NCBI RefSeq assembly: GCF_000181795.1
Contig: NW_003526947.1
Span: forward strand, 710,999 to 774,998
DNA length: 64,000 nucleotides
Reading direction: 5' to 3'
Origin: Trichinella spiralis
Lineage: Eukaryota
Shown in pieces: positions 13,595 to 26,824 of this stretch. The notes under the pieces are model-generated. The model saw only the letters and a list, made by a program, of their open reading frames with translations, ran no database searches and was not told the DNA's origin. Position 1 is the stretch's first letter; every line of letters starts with the position of its first letter. The position numbers were made by a program, and so were the translations under genes.

Positions 13595-14084
13595 GCACGT
13601 AATTACCGTAATACGATTATTATGACAAATAAAATGCAGAGGAGTGACAACAAATGAAATTTAGAGGCGCGCGTCAGAGCAGCAACCAATAAAATTTTAC
13701 TGCAAAAAAGTAGGCGGAGTCAGAGGGGAAATCGGGTCTATCCCGAAGAACATCTCATGCCTTTCCCTGCTCTAGGGTCGGGGAGCAAGGAAACCACCTG
13801 CCCAAAGAGCAAGGAAGAGTTTTCACTTTCCCTTGTCTAAGGGAAGGGAGCGTCACGATCCACGGTGGGGCCCCTATTTAGTCTCTGCAACCTTCTCCAG
13901 CATTAAATATTTCAAGTACCACTCCGAGCATCTTCGCCATTTCAAAAATCTCAATTTTGCCAGACATTATCTGTTTGCTTGTATTACATTGCACATTTAT
14001 TACAAAAAAACTTTTTTTTGAAAAATAAACTTTTTCATTAATAAAGAATTGTTGTTGTTGCAGTGTTCTTGGTTTATATTAAAA

Positions 14085-17000
14085 GAAAAAAATTTTTTTT
14101 CTTACTTTTAAATAGATTATTAATTTACTTGTGTTACGTGTATTATTTCATNNNNNNNNNNGATTAGTAATTATTTCATACTAATTAAGCAAGTGTTTTT
14201 GTAGAGTTTCAAGCCACAGTTTTCAGTAGTTGTGGAATAAAATGGCCTCTAAAGATGGAATATAGTCTCTCTTAATACATGGGTACGGTTCGCACTTTTT
14301 GGCATATCTAGAGAAAGACGCAACCGGGAGCCACCGGTATAAGTTTGTTGTACTTTTCTTATCGTTTTCGACCGATTGATGATCATAGGGTCCATTGGGG
14401 GTTCCAAAGTGTTTCCAGAAAATTATAAAATAACATGAGGGAAAATAAAGTTGTGTATGTGAACATCAGAGAGCGAAAAATTATAGAAGATAAGAGGAAT
14501 TTGGATTTGTAGACATTCACAATCAATACCGATAAGAAAATGGAAACAAAAAATACAAAATAAACGGAAATGGAAAATTAATCGATACAGTAAAGCAAGT
14601 GCATACCTAAATTTTGTTACGTGAAAGACCAAGTATTGCTTTAATTCAAAACTCAGCCAGGTAGGTTCGTTGTTAGCAAATTACAACTATGGGATAAATT
14701 CACCCTTTTGAAGTATACCAAGTCCAGACCTACAGAATGGGGGACCCGCGGGTGAACCTTCTTGCCTTTTCTTGTTCTGCTTCGTGTCCTCCGCGTTTTC
14801 ACTTCTTCTTTTCTTCATTGGTCATATCTGTAATAACCGTAAATGCTAGATCAAAACTTTTCGCACTTTATTACACCGTGAAATTAACAAATTGAATAAC
14901 GAATTTTGAAATAAAAGAAGAAACTGATTTTCAATTGAATATTACCTTAACAATATTATTATGTGTGGACAGTTTCCAACAAAAAGTAACAACGAGAGAA
15001 ATTTGAATATTTTCAACAATTAAAAGCCGACTTCGATAATTACTTAACAGCAACGTTTGACGTTTGACGATGCTGTAACTTGCCACGTGAGTTAAACGAA
15101 CAAGCGCACCAATACTGAATAATGATAAGGCAATTTTGAAACGATCCTCATTTGCATACTGTATCATTAAAAACCGGTTTGAGTTGATTGGAAAATTTTC
15201 TGGACGAGGAATTAATTCTAATCGAACGCTATGAAATTAGGAAAATTGAAATCTCAAGCACAGCGAACCGCTTATCTGGCGAATGAATAGCATTAGATGA
15301 AACTCATTTCAATTTACTTGAAAAAGGAGATGAAATGCAAAGTTAAAGTCAACCATTGAGGACTGCTTAAAAATTCAGAAATGACCTTAACATTTAAAAT
15401 TCTGTCAAAATATAAACTATCCGATAGAACGCTATAACCAACAAAATCTGACTTAGTCAAAACACGCCTCCGTATCTCTGAACATCACATTTGAAAATTC
15501 AAAAATGACCTACATAAATCGAACTCATCGTAAAAATCTTTTCACTACATATAAGCACACTGGCTGCGTATGCTGACAAACTGTTTGTTCAAACATGTTC
15601 TGTAATTTAGCATACGTCACTGATGCAGCAAATATTGAATTTCCAATTTAAAGGGAAAACCATATTAATTAATTTTCAACCGCTCTATAAATAAAGTCTG
15701 ACCTAATCTTATTATGAAAATCAAAAAGAACAGTTTCTCATTCTAAAAATCTCACTCATATATTACATACCACACACTAGGGCATTTCATTATATGAAAT
15801 ACACTCGTCACTCCTACCAAGTATCCTTAGCCCAGCAAAACTGATCAACCAGAATTTGCACTACCACCATTCTGCTGACTACACCTGCCTGCAATTGCTA
15901 CTGNNNNNNNNNNAAAAGAAAAAAATTTTTTTTCTTACTTTTAAATAGATTATTAATTTACTTGTGTTACGTGTATTATTTCATTTTTCCCCATTTTAAC
16001 TAATCCTACATAAGCATCATCGTTAAGAAATAACGCAGTATTGGTCTTTTGTTACGTCTGTGGATTGTGTCTTTGTGTTTTTTTTGTAATGAAGAAACTT
16101 TCCACACTCGACATCGCCAAATCGTATCTTCTCCAACATGCCAATACTTACCTCACTTGACCAACGAACGCAATTGACCAACAAACGATTCGATCCAACC
16201 TATCCATAACCTTTCACCGATCTTGGCTTTCTCCACTCGTCTTTTTTCTTCTCCATGTGCATTATTTTTCCATGGATTATTACGTGTTTAATTATTTGTA
16301 TGCAATGCTTTCATGTGTCGTTCAGAGATTTTACAAAGTCAAACTCAAAATAAAAGAATCTGAGAAAAAAAATATTTGGAGAAATAAATAGAAAAAACAA
16401 TAAAATGTAAAATATATGGGGGAAAAGTAGAAATAAAAAAAATCAAAAGGAATAATGGGAGAAATCAAAAAATCAATAAAATGTATAAAATAAATTAGGG
16501 GAAAATAAAGTTTGAATGAATGGGAACAAAAGTTGAAAAATAAAATAAGATAAAATGAATTTGCTTTAGAAAGTGTTCAAATTCAAACTATATAAGAAAA
16601 GAAAAACAAAAAATACAAAATAAACGGAAATGGAAAATTATTTCGATACAGTAAAGCAACTGCATACGTAAATTTTGCTACGTGAAAGACCAAGTACTGC
16701 TTTAATTCAAAACTCAGCCATGTAGGTTCGTCGTTAGCTTAATTACAACTATGGGATAACTTCACCCTTTCGAAGTATCCCAAGCCCAGACCTACAGAAT
16801 GGGGGACCCGCGGGTGAACCTTCTTGCCTTTTCTTGTTCTGCTTCGTGTCGTCCGCGTTTTCACTTCTTCTTTTCTTCATTGGTCATATCTGTAAGAATG
16901 GTAAATGCTAAATCAAAACTTTTCGCACTTTATTACACAGTGAAATTAAAAAATTGAATAAAGAATTTTGAAATAAAAGAAGTAACTGATTTTCAATTGA

Positions 17001-19210
17001 ATATAACCTTAACAATATTATTATATGTGGAGAGTTTCGAAAAAAAAGTAACAACGAGAGAAATTTGAATATTTTCAACAATTAAAAGCCGACTTCAATA
17101 ATTACTTAACAGCAACGTTTGACGTTTGACGATGCTGTTACTTGCCACGCAAGTTAAACAAACAAGCGCACCAATACTGAGTAATGATAAGGCAATTTTG
17201 AAACGATCCTCATTTGCATACTGTAGCAATAGAAACCGGTTTGAGTTGATTGGAAAATTTTCTGGACGAGGAATTAATTCTAATCGAACGCTATGAAATT
17301 AGGAAAATTGAAATCTCAAGCACAGCGAACCGCTTATCTGGCGAATGAATAGCATTAGATGAAACTCATTTCAATTTACTTGAAAAAGGAGATGAAATGC
17401 AAAGTTAAAGTCAACCATTGAGGACTGCTTAAAAATTCAGAAATGACCTTAACATTTAAAATTCTGTCAAAATATAAACTATCCGATAGAACGCTATAAC
17501 CAACAAAATCTGACTTAGTCAAAACACGCCTCCGTATCTCTGAACATCACATTTGAAAATTCAAAAATGACCTACATAAATCGAACTCATCGTAAAAATC
17601 TTTTCACTAAAATATAAGCACACTGGCTGCGTATGCTGACAAACAAAGTTGTTCAAACAAAAAATGTAATTTATCAAATGTCTCTGATGCTGCGAAATTT
17701 GAAAAAATAATTTAAAGTGAAAATAAGGTTAATTAATTTTCAATCTTTCTAAAGATAAAGTCATACCTAAACTTAATATGAAAATCAAAAAGAACAGTTT
17801 CACAGTAAAAAAATCTCACTCATATATTACATACTACAAACTTGGGCAATTTCATTAAACTAAAGAATAACTTCACTCTTTCGAAGTATCCTTAGCCCTG
17901 CTACACAGATCAACAAGAAATTGCAATTACCACTATTCTGCTGCTACCACTTGCCTGCTATTGTTCTGCTTCGTGTCGTCCATGTTTTCACATTTTCTTT
18001 GCTCCATTCTTTAAACCTGTAATAATGATATTAAATCAAAATTGTCCTCACTTTATGACAAAGTAGAATTACAATAAACATAATAAGTAACTGTTATCTA
18101 ATTAAAAAGTTAACTGCTTACAAAATGAGTAAACAAAGTTTTAAAAAAATAACAAGCAGAAAAGTAGAATACTTGTCTGTAAATCTGAAACAGCCTTCAG
18201 CAGTTACTTAACGCTGTAATAAACGCAGAGAACGTTCAACGATGCTACCAATGGCCACGTAAATTAAACAAACAAACGCACCCTTACTGATGATAAGGCG
18301 CGTTATAGCGATAGTTATTTGCATAATGCAGCGTTAGAAACCGGTTTTTAGTGCGTTAGAACTTTCGGCTGAAGATAAATTCTTACCTAAGCCGCGTTGG
18401 AATATGAAAAGAAGAAATGCACCGTTCAATTCTACCAATAAGGAAAGGAACTATTTGAAAAATTCAAAAATGACCCTTGACATTTAAAATCCAGTCAAAA
18501 TATAAACTATCTGACAAAAAACGCCATAACAAAACAAAATTGACTTAGACAAAACACACCTACGTATTTCTGAANAATTTTCNTAAGTCAGAAAACAAAG
18601 TAGCTGCTGAAATGAAGCNTAATTTTAAGTGAAGAAATNTTCGGGCAAAAGCTTGCTTATGGTCAATTAAAAGAGCGTGTTAGCTACTGCAAAAAGTGAT
18701 TTTCGAAAGACCATATTTTAATAATAGATAAACAATGCGTACAGAGTGTATTTAATCAAACATAATTGTACGGGAAATTTGGCGTTGATTAAATTAACCN
18801 ATCATCTCATGTTGTGAATNTCTTCATAANAGAATATACTGAGAAATTATGCTCAATGTTGATTCTCAATTNGCAATGTTAAGTGATTAAGACTTAAAAA
18901 TGAAAAAGCTGCTACTTACTGCTAAATTCGTCAACTTCTCATCGTTAATGTTCATTGTCTTTGGATGTTCATTGAAAAATTATTTTTCAGAAATTATTCC
19001 AAAAAATAATAATGAATAAAAAGCAAAAATAGTGTTTGGATTAAATGTTTGCCTTCAGTCAATTTTCCAATCAAAACGCTGAGCTACCATCCACGGACGG
19101 CCATGATGTCAAACTGAAATGATTTCCATTATCTCAATAAAGCNNNNGACCTCGTATGCAAAATTTTTTATTTTATTTCATCTCTGCTGGCTACTGTACA
19201 TTTTTCATTG
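14085..19210. repeat. Second block of the ~1-kb repeat family with an internal near-duplicate
   Basis: 14425-15903 matches 16480-17960; 14085-14151 matches 15914-15984; 17960-19200 matches 1060-2680. 14260-14425 is a diverged homologue of 2760-2915. Short N gaps at 14152 and 15904. Confidence 0.9.
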
Positions 19211-20852
19211 CTCTTTATTTACTTANNTACNNCTNCTTTTNGAAGAGAAAATTTAATTGGAGCTTTGCCAAACATAAACACTTCTCATTACACAATGACC
19301 CTGTCCGTTGTGTATGTTTGGTGGACATTGCTCCAAATGAATTCGTACGTATCTCTGGTGATGCAGGTATTAGAATTCATTTTGACGTAGTGAAGCCTCG
19401 GTATAGGCGCCGAAGCCGAGTTTTTGTATTTCATAAATAAGATGATTTAATTTCCTATAAGGAAATTTTTTATTAATCCGTATCCATTAGGATAGCAATG
19501 GAATTAAACTGAACTTTTCTTAAGTAATGATATTTGCTAAATAGTCTTCATGATCTAGACAAATGCGGTAATTGCTACGCGTCTGCCAGCGTCCGCTACG
19601 CTATTTCATGCAGAGCACACCGTCTTAGGTGGAAATAAAATCTCACAGTCAGGCCGGTCGACGCGTGCTCCTTCTTTTTCGCCCTACTTTCTACGTCTTG
19701 GCGCTGTGCTGACGGTCGTGGTATGGTTTCACTGTCAGTTTCCAATCACTGTATTTTTGTGAACTTTCACACACATAAGCTGACTCCAACTGATGAAATT
19801 ATCCTTGTTGTAGTTAGTATAAAACTGTATGCCATTTATATTCATACCAACGGGAGGGAGCGGCATTATTATTTGGAAAAAATAAGTGACTGCCATAACT
19901 ACTCATATTTGCAGCTTTCAGTCACGGCATCCAATAGGCAACGTTACATATGCAAAATTCACACAGTTCCATATTCTACTTTTTGTGAACCGCTGTTGAT
20001 TGGAAATTTGTTAAGTCGAATGAAAGTATTGAAAACACCAAACAGGATGAACAAGCTGTGGAAACCGTTGCTGAGAACAATGCGAACAACTTGACTGAAA
20101 ATGAAAATGAACCGACAGTCTGTGGAAGTGGACAATGTTCCAAGCTTGATGAAGAGAAGGAAGCTGGAGAATGTGTTAGAAACATCAATGCGGAAAAGGT
20201 GAACGAAGGCATATTTGGAGGGTCACCAGATGGAAATGGACAGGCCAGTAGCCGTAACGAAGCACAAATGATGTATGATACATCGTGTGAAACCACAACA
20301 ATAAACAAAAATTCAGTATCGGAAAGACGCGGTTTAGCTAAGGTGTCTTCAAACAACTTTTTAGCAGTAGGCAAGAGCTAATATGCGTTTCAGTCGGCAT
20401 GATAGCGACGCCAATGTTCACCTTCAAAATTTTCCATTTCAGCATGATGTCTGTCTGATAGTGTTTTGACTGCATAAATGACTGAAACAGTTCAAGTGTA
20501 GCGCTCAGTCGATGCAACACTTTTTTAAACATAAATCCTTTCAATTTCTGTCAGAAATTTTGAAAATGATTTAAAATTTGATTAAAAACTAAAAATTATT
20601 TCATTACTGAGAAAAAAAAGAAGAATACGATTGAACGATTCATAAGAGGAACTCAAGACTTGAAGCAAAAACAGCCCTAATTGCGTAAATATGTATTATA
20701 TTAACTTATTAACTTTTCACAACAACGTATTCCATTTCTTCCCATCTAGTGTTTTGATTAAAGCTATCAGTTGACTGACGCATCGTTATCGAAATGTCTT
20801 AAAAGCAATGCTTTATTTGATGCACAGAAACATGCACATTGAAATAAATATA

Positions 20853-21924
20853 TTAATTTTTCATATTGGATTGCACCTGAGCAATTAATTTCGCTTCCAT
20901 CGCCTTCTTTTTTGCCAGCTTTGCAGCCTATAATGTACCCAATGGGATATATTATCTTCACAACAGCGGATAAATTTGTAAGAATAAAAATAAAGACGTG
21001 AAATCATAATGTTCGTCACCTTTTTCTCTTCCTGTTTCTTTTTCTCCAAATATTCCACAACCTTTGGATCTGTAGGATCGGCAGCGTAACCAAGAAAATC
21101 CTTAATTTTCACAGTATTCCCAATCAAACTTGAAAAAGCGAACAGAAAAAAATACCTGAATCTCTCTAATTTTTCTTTCTTTTTCCATCTTAACAGCCAA
21201 CGCTTCCGCATTCTTCTTCTCAATTCGACTTTCATATTCTTTCAACAATTTTCCATAGTTTTTCAAATTCAATTCAATAGCATGCAAACGATTTTTCCGA
21301 TCTTGTTGTTTGCGTTCAATTTCAGCTTTCTCCATTTCGATCGTTTCCAATAATTTCGGGCGCCAAAGATCATCTTCTAACTTTTGTTCGACAAGTTCAG
21401 CAGGACTTGGCCATAGCAACCCTGGATCAACACCACTGGCTCGACCATACATAGCATAACGTTTCCTCAACGCCTTGCGTGTTCTTTGCCATCGAAACCT
21501 AATACAATTCAACAACTTTAAACTCCATATTCACTACGTTTTACAAATCTGAAATGGAAATTTTTATGTAGAATTTAAAAACAAAACAATCTTTCATACA
21601 TGTCCATTGGAGGACATTCACAATGTACTTTCATTCTATGCCAACGACTCATACGAGATATATCTAATTGCTCGATTTCCAATTTTTGACCAGTGTCATC
21701 ATATTCTTGAACATCAGTCAATTGAACTGCTGAATTCGCTTCGTTTGAAGTTGAACAACACCGAAATGAATCTTTAATAAAACAGGTACCGATCTGAAAT
21801 TGTATCGATGAAAAATAAATATTTCTTGCTTTTTACTTAATCAAAATGTTCACATTCATACCCATTTAGCGAATGCAATCTTTCCAATTGAAGAATGTCT
21901 TTCCAAAAAAATCATGGCTGTCAT
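20853..21924 (-). CDS. GADD45GIP1: GADD45GIP1/CRIF1 (mitoribosomal mL64) family protein, 5 exons
   Basis: Spliced ORF MTAMIFLERHSS... containing 'RKRYAMYGRASGVDPGLLWPSPAELVE', a coiled coil and 'DFLGYAADPTDPKVVEYLEKK'. Canonical GT-AG introns. Confidence 0.85.
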
Positions 21925-22469
21925 GTTTACCTAATAATTAGCAACACACAAAATTTTTCATCCTTTCTTACTGGAGCATAACTTTCACTACGGTAATTTT
22001 TACTCAATTTTTACAGAGAATCATTTCAATTTGAATTCCCGAGAAATTCATAAGAGAAAACATTTTAAATAACGCGACAGACAAGATTGCAAAGTACAAA
22101 AAATATTACGTAAAAAATGATTACCTAACTAAGATAAAATTATGAATAAAATTGAAATTAAATAAAACATTTGACTAAAGTTTACATTATTTGACATTCG
22201 GCCAACGTACAAATATTTTAGGCTGAACCTCAAATCATACTGTCTTTACAATAATAAAAATCAAGTATTACAGTGCATTGAAACGGAATAATTTTTTATT
22301 TGAAAAACAGTAATTTTTAATTAACATTAGTTAGCTTACATAACAATAAAACATATATAATTTTTTAAAAATCATATTACAAATATTAATCACTAAAAGT
22401 GCAAAGTAGAAAAGTGAATATTTATTAGAAAAAACCGATAAAAACTATGAAAAAATTCCACTGTCAAAT

Positions 22470-22680
22470 TGGTGACGTCACTGATCAAACACTAAAAGAG
22501 ATCAAATGTTACGTAATGAATTGTTATGTAATAAAAAAATTTTGACCACTGAAATAAAGAAAATTGTAGCTAATCAAAGCAGAACCATTTTAGTCAATGA
22601 AAAGTTTAGGCGAGACAACCAATGCTATTACGCCATAACAATGCAATAGGAAGCTATCCAATGAAAACTCGACCAATAGA
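22470..22680. promoter_or_regulatory. Candidate bidirectional promoter elements
   Basis: Lies between divergent genes. TGACGTCA at 22473-22480 and three CCAAT motifs at ~22619-22678. Confidence 0.25.
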
Positions 22681-23108
22681 AATTTAGCCCTGAAAATTTT
22701 ACCGAAAAAGACTATCCCAACAATCAAATTATAACTGTTTTACTACAGATCAAATAGATCAGACCTTCCTTATGTTAGATTAAATTTAAATGCGGAATTA
22801 GTGTTTGTGTAATATTTTTTTCACAAAAATGAAACAATTGTTGTTCACTTCTGATCGCTTTTCACAGTATTTACAGGACATACAGTACATATGTATATAT
22901 CGTAAAGCACCAAGAATGTATTATCTCATTACTCATTTCAAATAAAAATTTTTAATTTTCCAAGTTCAAGAAAGGTCATCGGTGTACAGCGCTTTCAGTA
23001 ATGCATACACAATTGGCTCAAAGGCATCGATAAGTTCGCTTTTAGATAAAGAGAAGACAAAATAATATAAAGTCATCTAATTGCTAACGAATTCTTTCAT
23101 GTTACGCT

Positions 23109-24053
23109 ATGGTATTGATACAGGGTGACGTTCAGCAAATTGTTTGGAAACTTCGATGTGAAATAGAACTTTTTATGCAGAACAAAGATATGTGGAATCT
23201 GAAAAAAAATACGGTTTGCTTTTCTGCTCTTTTCTATTTTTAAATCAATAGCAGCAATTGTTTTAGCAAGGCATTAATATATACAGTGCTCCATCAAGGC
23301 ATTATCATGGTATGGTAATAAAAGGCGAAACAAAGATGAGCATGTCTCCGGAGAAAGTATATGATATGATTCATCCAACGTCAGAATATCGTTTCATGTG
23401 GGATGCGCATGTGGATAAATGTGAATTTTTGCAAGAATTGGGCCCAGTACATATATTTTTTTTAAGCAAAACAGTAAGCTGCATACAAATTTTTTAGGGT
23501 TTAGTTTTATTGCATCAAGTGATGCGACCATCTTTTATGGGGTGTTTTTCATCGAGAGATACCATCGATTTTATGTTGCAGGAAGAATCAGATTCAAAAA
23601 GAATATGCTTAGGTATGATGATGAGCTGCTTGGTATTGTTTTTTCCAAATTTTAAAAATGCATGATATGATGATTAATGATTGCATGGTACGCTGAATTT
23701 TTTTAATGGAAAAAAATATATTTAGTTCACAGTGTGGAGAGCAGTGACTTACCCCCAACTCCGAAACACGTGAGAGCATTTACATACCCTAGTGGAATGA
23801 TCATTGAAAAAACAGAGTAATTGTTTTAAATATTTTAAGATATAAAAGTCAAAGCACTTATTGTTATAGAAATGCAAACGAATCTCAGATCACATGCTTT
23901 TTACAAGTGAAAATGAACGCTAAATCTATACCACAGAGCATAATTGACAGTTCTTTAATGAGCATGATGCAGAGTTACCTTCTCGCGTTGCGCAAAGCAA
24001 AGGATATTGCATGGAGACCACTTGAAAAGCCTATTGGACGAATTCGTGTGTAA
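23109..24053 (+). CDS. START-domain lipid transfer protein (StARD4/5/6-like), 5 exons
   Basis: Spliced ORF MVLIQGDVQQ..W..KKNT/QGINIYSAPS..'SPEKVYDMIHP..RFMWDAHVDKCEFLQEL'..'SSRDTIDF'..'PPTPKHVRAFTYPSGMII', typical START motifs. Stop TAA at 24051-24053. Confidence 0.85.
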
Positions 24054-26824
24054 TTCTAATGTCCATCATTTTGACCAAGCGTAACATCCACTTAATGTTT
24101 AAATTTTATCTCATTTTACCTTATTGCCTTTATTTTAATTATATAGACATTTACAAAAAAGTAAATGTTCATAAATTTTTATTTTGAATATGATTGTTTT
24201 TTTATAAATGTCGTATAGCTTATTATTTATATATTTATTTCTATGTGAATTTTGGAATATAATTGTCACTGGTGTCCATTTTCAAAAAGGTATTCTGTTT
24301 TCCTAAACAAATCAAATGCATATCGAAATAAACAACTCAGTTGTGTTTATGGCGCAGTTTATAACTTCAATAACGGAAATACAATATTTTTTTCTAAAAC
24401 GGAATAATTTTAAATTTGGTTTTATTGATCACTCACTGCTGGTCTGAAAATGTTTATCAATTTTGACGTGCCACATTTCAAAAACAAGTTTACCTCATAA
24501 AAAATCAATATAATTTTACTGTATTCATATGAAATTTGTTACATATACATTGTTTTATATATCACAACGAGAGCCTTAGCAATGATGATTTGAAACAACT
24601 AGTAAAGCTATGCAGTGATAATAAACCCCAACAGTCGTTGATTCAAAAGAGGATATACCTTTGAGAACACTAACAGCAGAATTCTTTAAGAACAGTGTTG
24701 AGCTTTAGTCAGTTTGATCTGCATTACCACGTAAATCGAGACAACAGGCGTAAGATCAAGTAATACAAACACGGCAGCTATAGAGAGAATTCAAAGAAGC
24801 ACAGCAAAGAAATTGACGGAACTGTTTATTAGTACGCAAAGATTTTCTCACACACACACCTATATATATATATATTCACAGGTTAGTACAGTATAACGAA
24901 TATCAGGTTTTGACATGAATTGTTCCTTTTATCTCCAAACAGCATCACCAACATTACACATCATGCATCAGTTCATAGAACAGAATCCTGTTGATGAGCG
25001 AACATCCAAAGCAAGATGTGATGTTCTTGAAATGATATCTTGTTATCAGGAAAACTCTACAGAAGAGAAAACGTAAGGAGAGAATTAACGCTCGATAGCT
25101 TCATCACGAAGAAATTTAAAATTCAGAAATCAAAGGCATCATCTCTATCATCACAATGATTAATATGAATAATAAAGTATGTAAAGATTTTTATAAATAT
25201 TTCAAATAAATTTTGTTGTATATATTGTGACTTTTGTTGGAACCTATGTACTATAAATACATGCTGTAACCACCGCGTACAACGCTGTTTCGCTTAACTT
25301 TGTTTTTCAGGAACGGACGAGGAGCATTAAACGGGGTATGCCTGTATATATTATGAAATAATAATGCTACATGTACGTTTAAAATATACGTTAAAAGCAT
25401 AACAGCAGAAGAGTTATGTTTTGATTGTTTCAAATGAAATAGAATTATTTCAAAAAGAAGAAGATTCAATGAAGAGATTTGTTAGAAATTTGCATTGATT
25501 TGTACAAATGCTAATGAAAAGAACATTCTTTCAGTGGAAAAATGATAATTTTTATGTTATTGTAAACTAGTGCTTTTTCTACTTAGAAATTAATTTTCAT
25601 CTCATAGTAAGCATCTCTCGATACGTCATGTTAATGCCAAATCACTGTTTCCTTATTTTAAAAGTATTAATTCTATTTCATAAGGCAATTGTTTAATTAA
25701 TATTTTGAAAAATAAATAATTATTCATGAAATTAAATGTTTTATGTATACAAAATGAATAACATTTTAAAAGTTCTTTTTCCTGAAAAAAATTGTTGACA
25801 TTGAATTTGTAGAATCCCACGTGTCGAATGATATTTTTAGAAGCGTGCATTAATTTATCACTCTGCCAACGTTTGTGATTGATTTATTGCCACAGCTGCC
25901 GTTGTTTTTGTGGCAAAAAATAAACAATCGAATTGTTATTATTATTGAATCAGAGAATAATAGTAAACTATTTAGTTTGGTTTTAGTTCGTTGATGAGAG
26001 AAGTCGTTGTATCAGTTTTCTCGTATTTGCCTGTTTTTTGATTGTATATTCAATAAAATATACTCACGATTATCAGATACGAAGCGAGATTTTGCAAAAA
26101 TTCTGATCTAGCGCAAAAGAAGACAGTTAGCTGCAGAACCTAATTGTCAATAATCAAGTGTAGTACGATTGCTCTGCGAGTCTACTACAGAATTCTTCGA
26201 TTGGCAATATAGTCTGTAATTGAAAATAATCCATAATTAGAGAAAGAAGATGTTAAAGAAATCAGTTGACAATAACAGGCAATTAGTAATAGACATGCAA
26301 TTAATACTGCAAAATTCTTACAATCTGACAAATTTATACCATACTGTAAGATAAACCTATCTTTCATTAATTGTCATACTGTTTGGTGTAAATGATTTTT
26401 GGACTCTCTAAAGAATGGTTGAAACGATTGCAGTAATGTTCCGTTATTTTTAACATACAGTTACAATTATCTGAATATAAATACTGCATCACATGTAGTA
26501 AAATTCTTTTTCTTTTGCTTTGGAAACTGGAAATTTTCACAGATTAGGTAATAATTAATAATTTTAAATTGATTGTAAAATTTTTACCGAGTTTGAAACT
26601 TTTATTTCTCTTCTTTGCATATTCTTCTATGGTTTTTTGATATTTTTTATTGTTTTATATGCGTTTGCACATTTGCACTGTAAGCAATAGTTTGGCGAAG
26701 TTAATAACAAGAGAAAGTCAGTTTTATCAGTTTATAATGTATTAGCGTTGACCTTTGTAGCTGACTTGGATAAGTGGAATTGCGGTCAGTAGTTCAGTGT
26801 GAAATTGGACTACGCGGCCAAACA

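Larger units (their letters stand above)
10230..13756. mobile_element. Possible old TIR (MULE-like) element shell
   Basis: GAGAT..CCCGATTTCCCCT..CCGCC at 10230-10280 is the inverted counterpart of GGCGG..AGGGGAAATCGGG..ATCTC at ~13712-13756. The right side has sub-repeats resembling those of the 5838-7232 TIRs. No TSD found. Confidence 0.35.
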
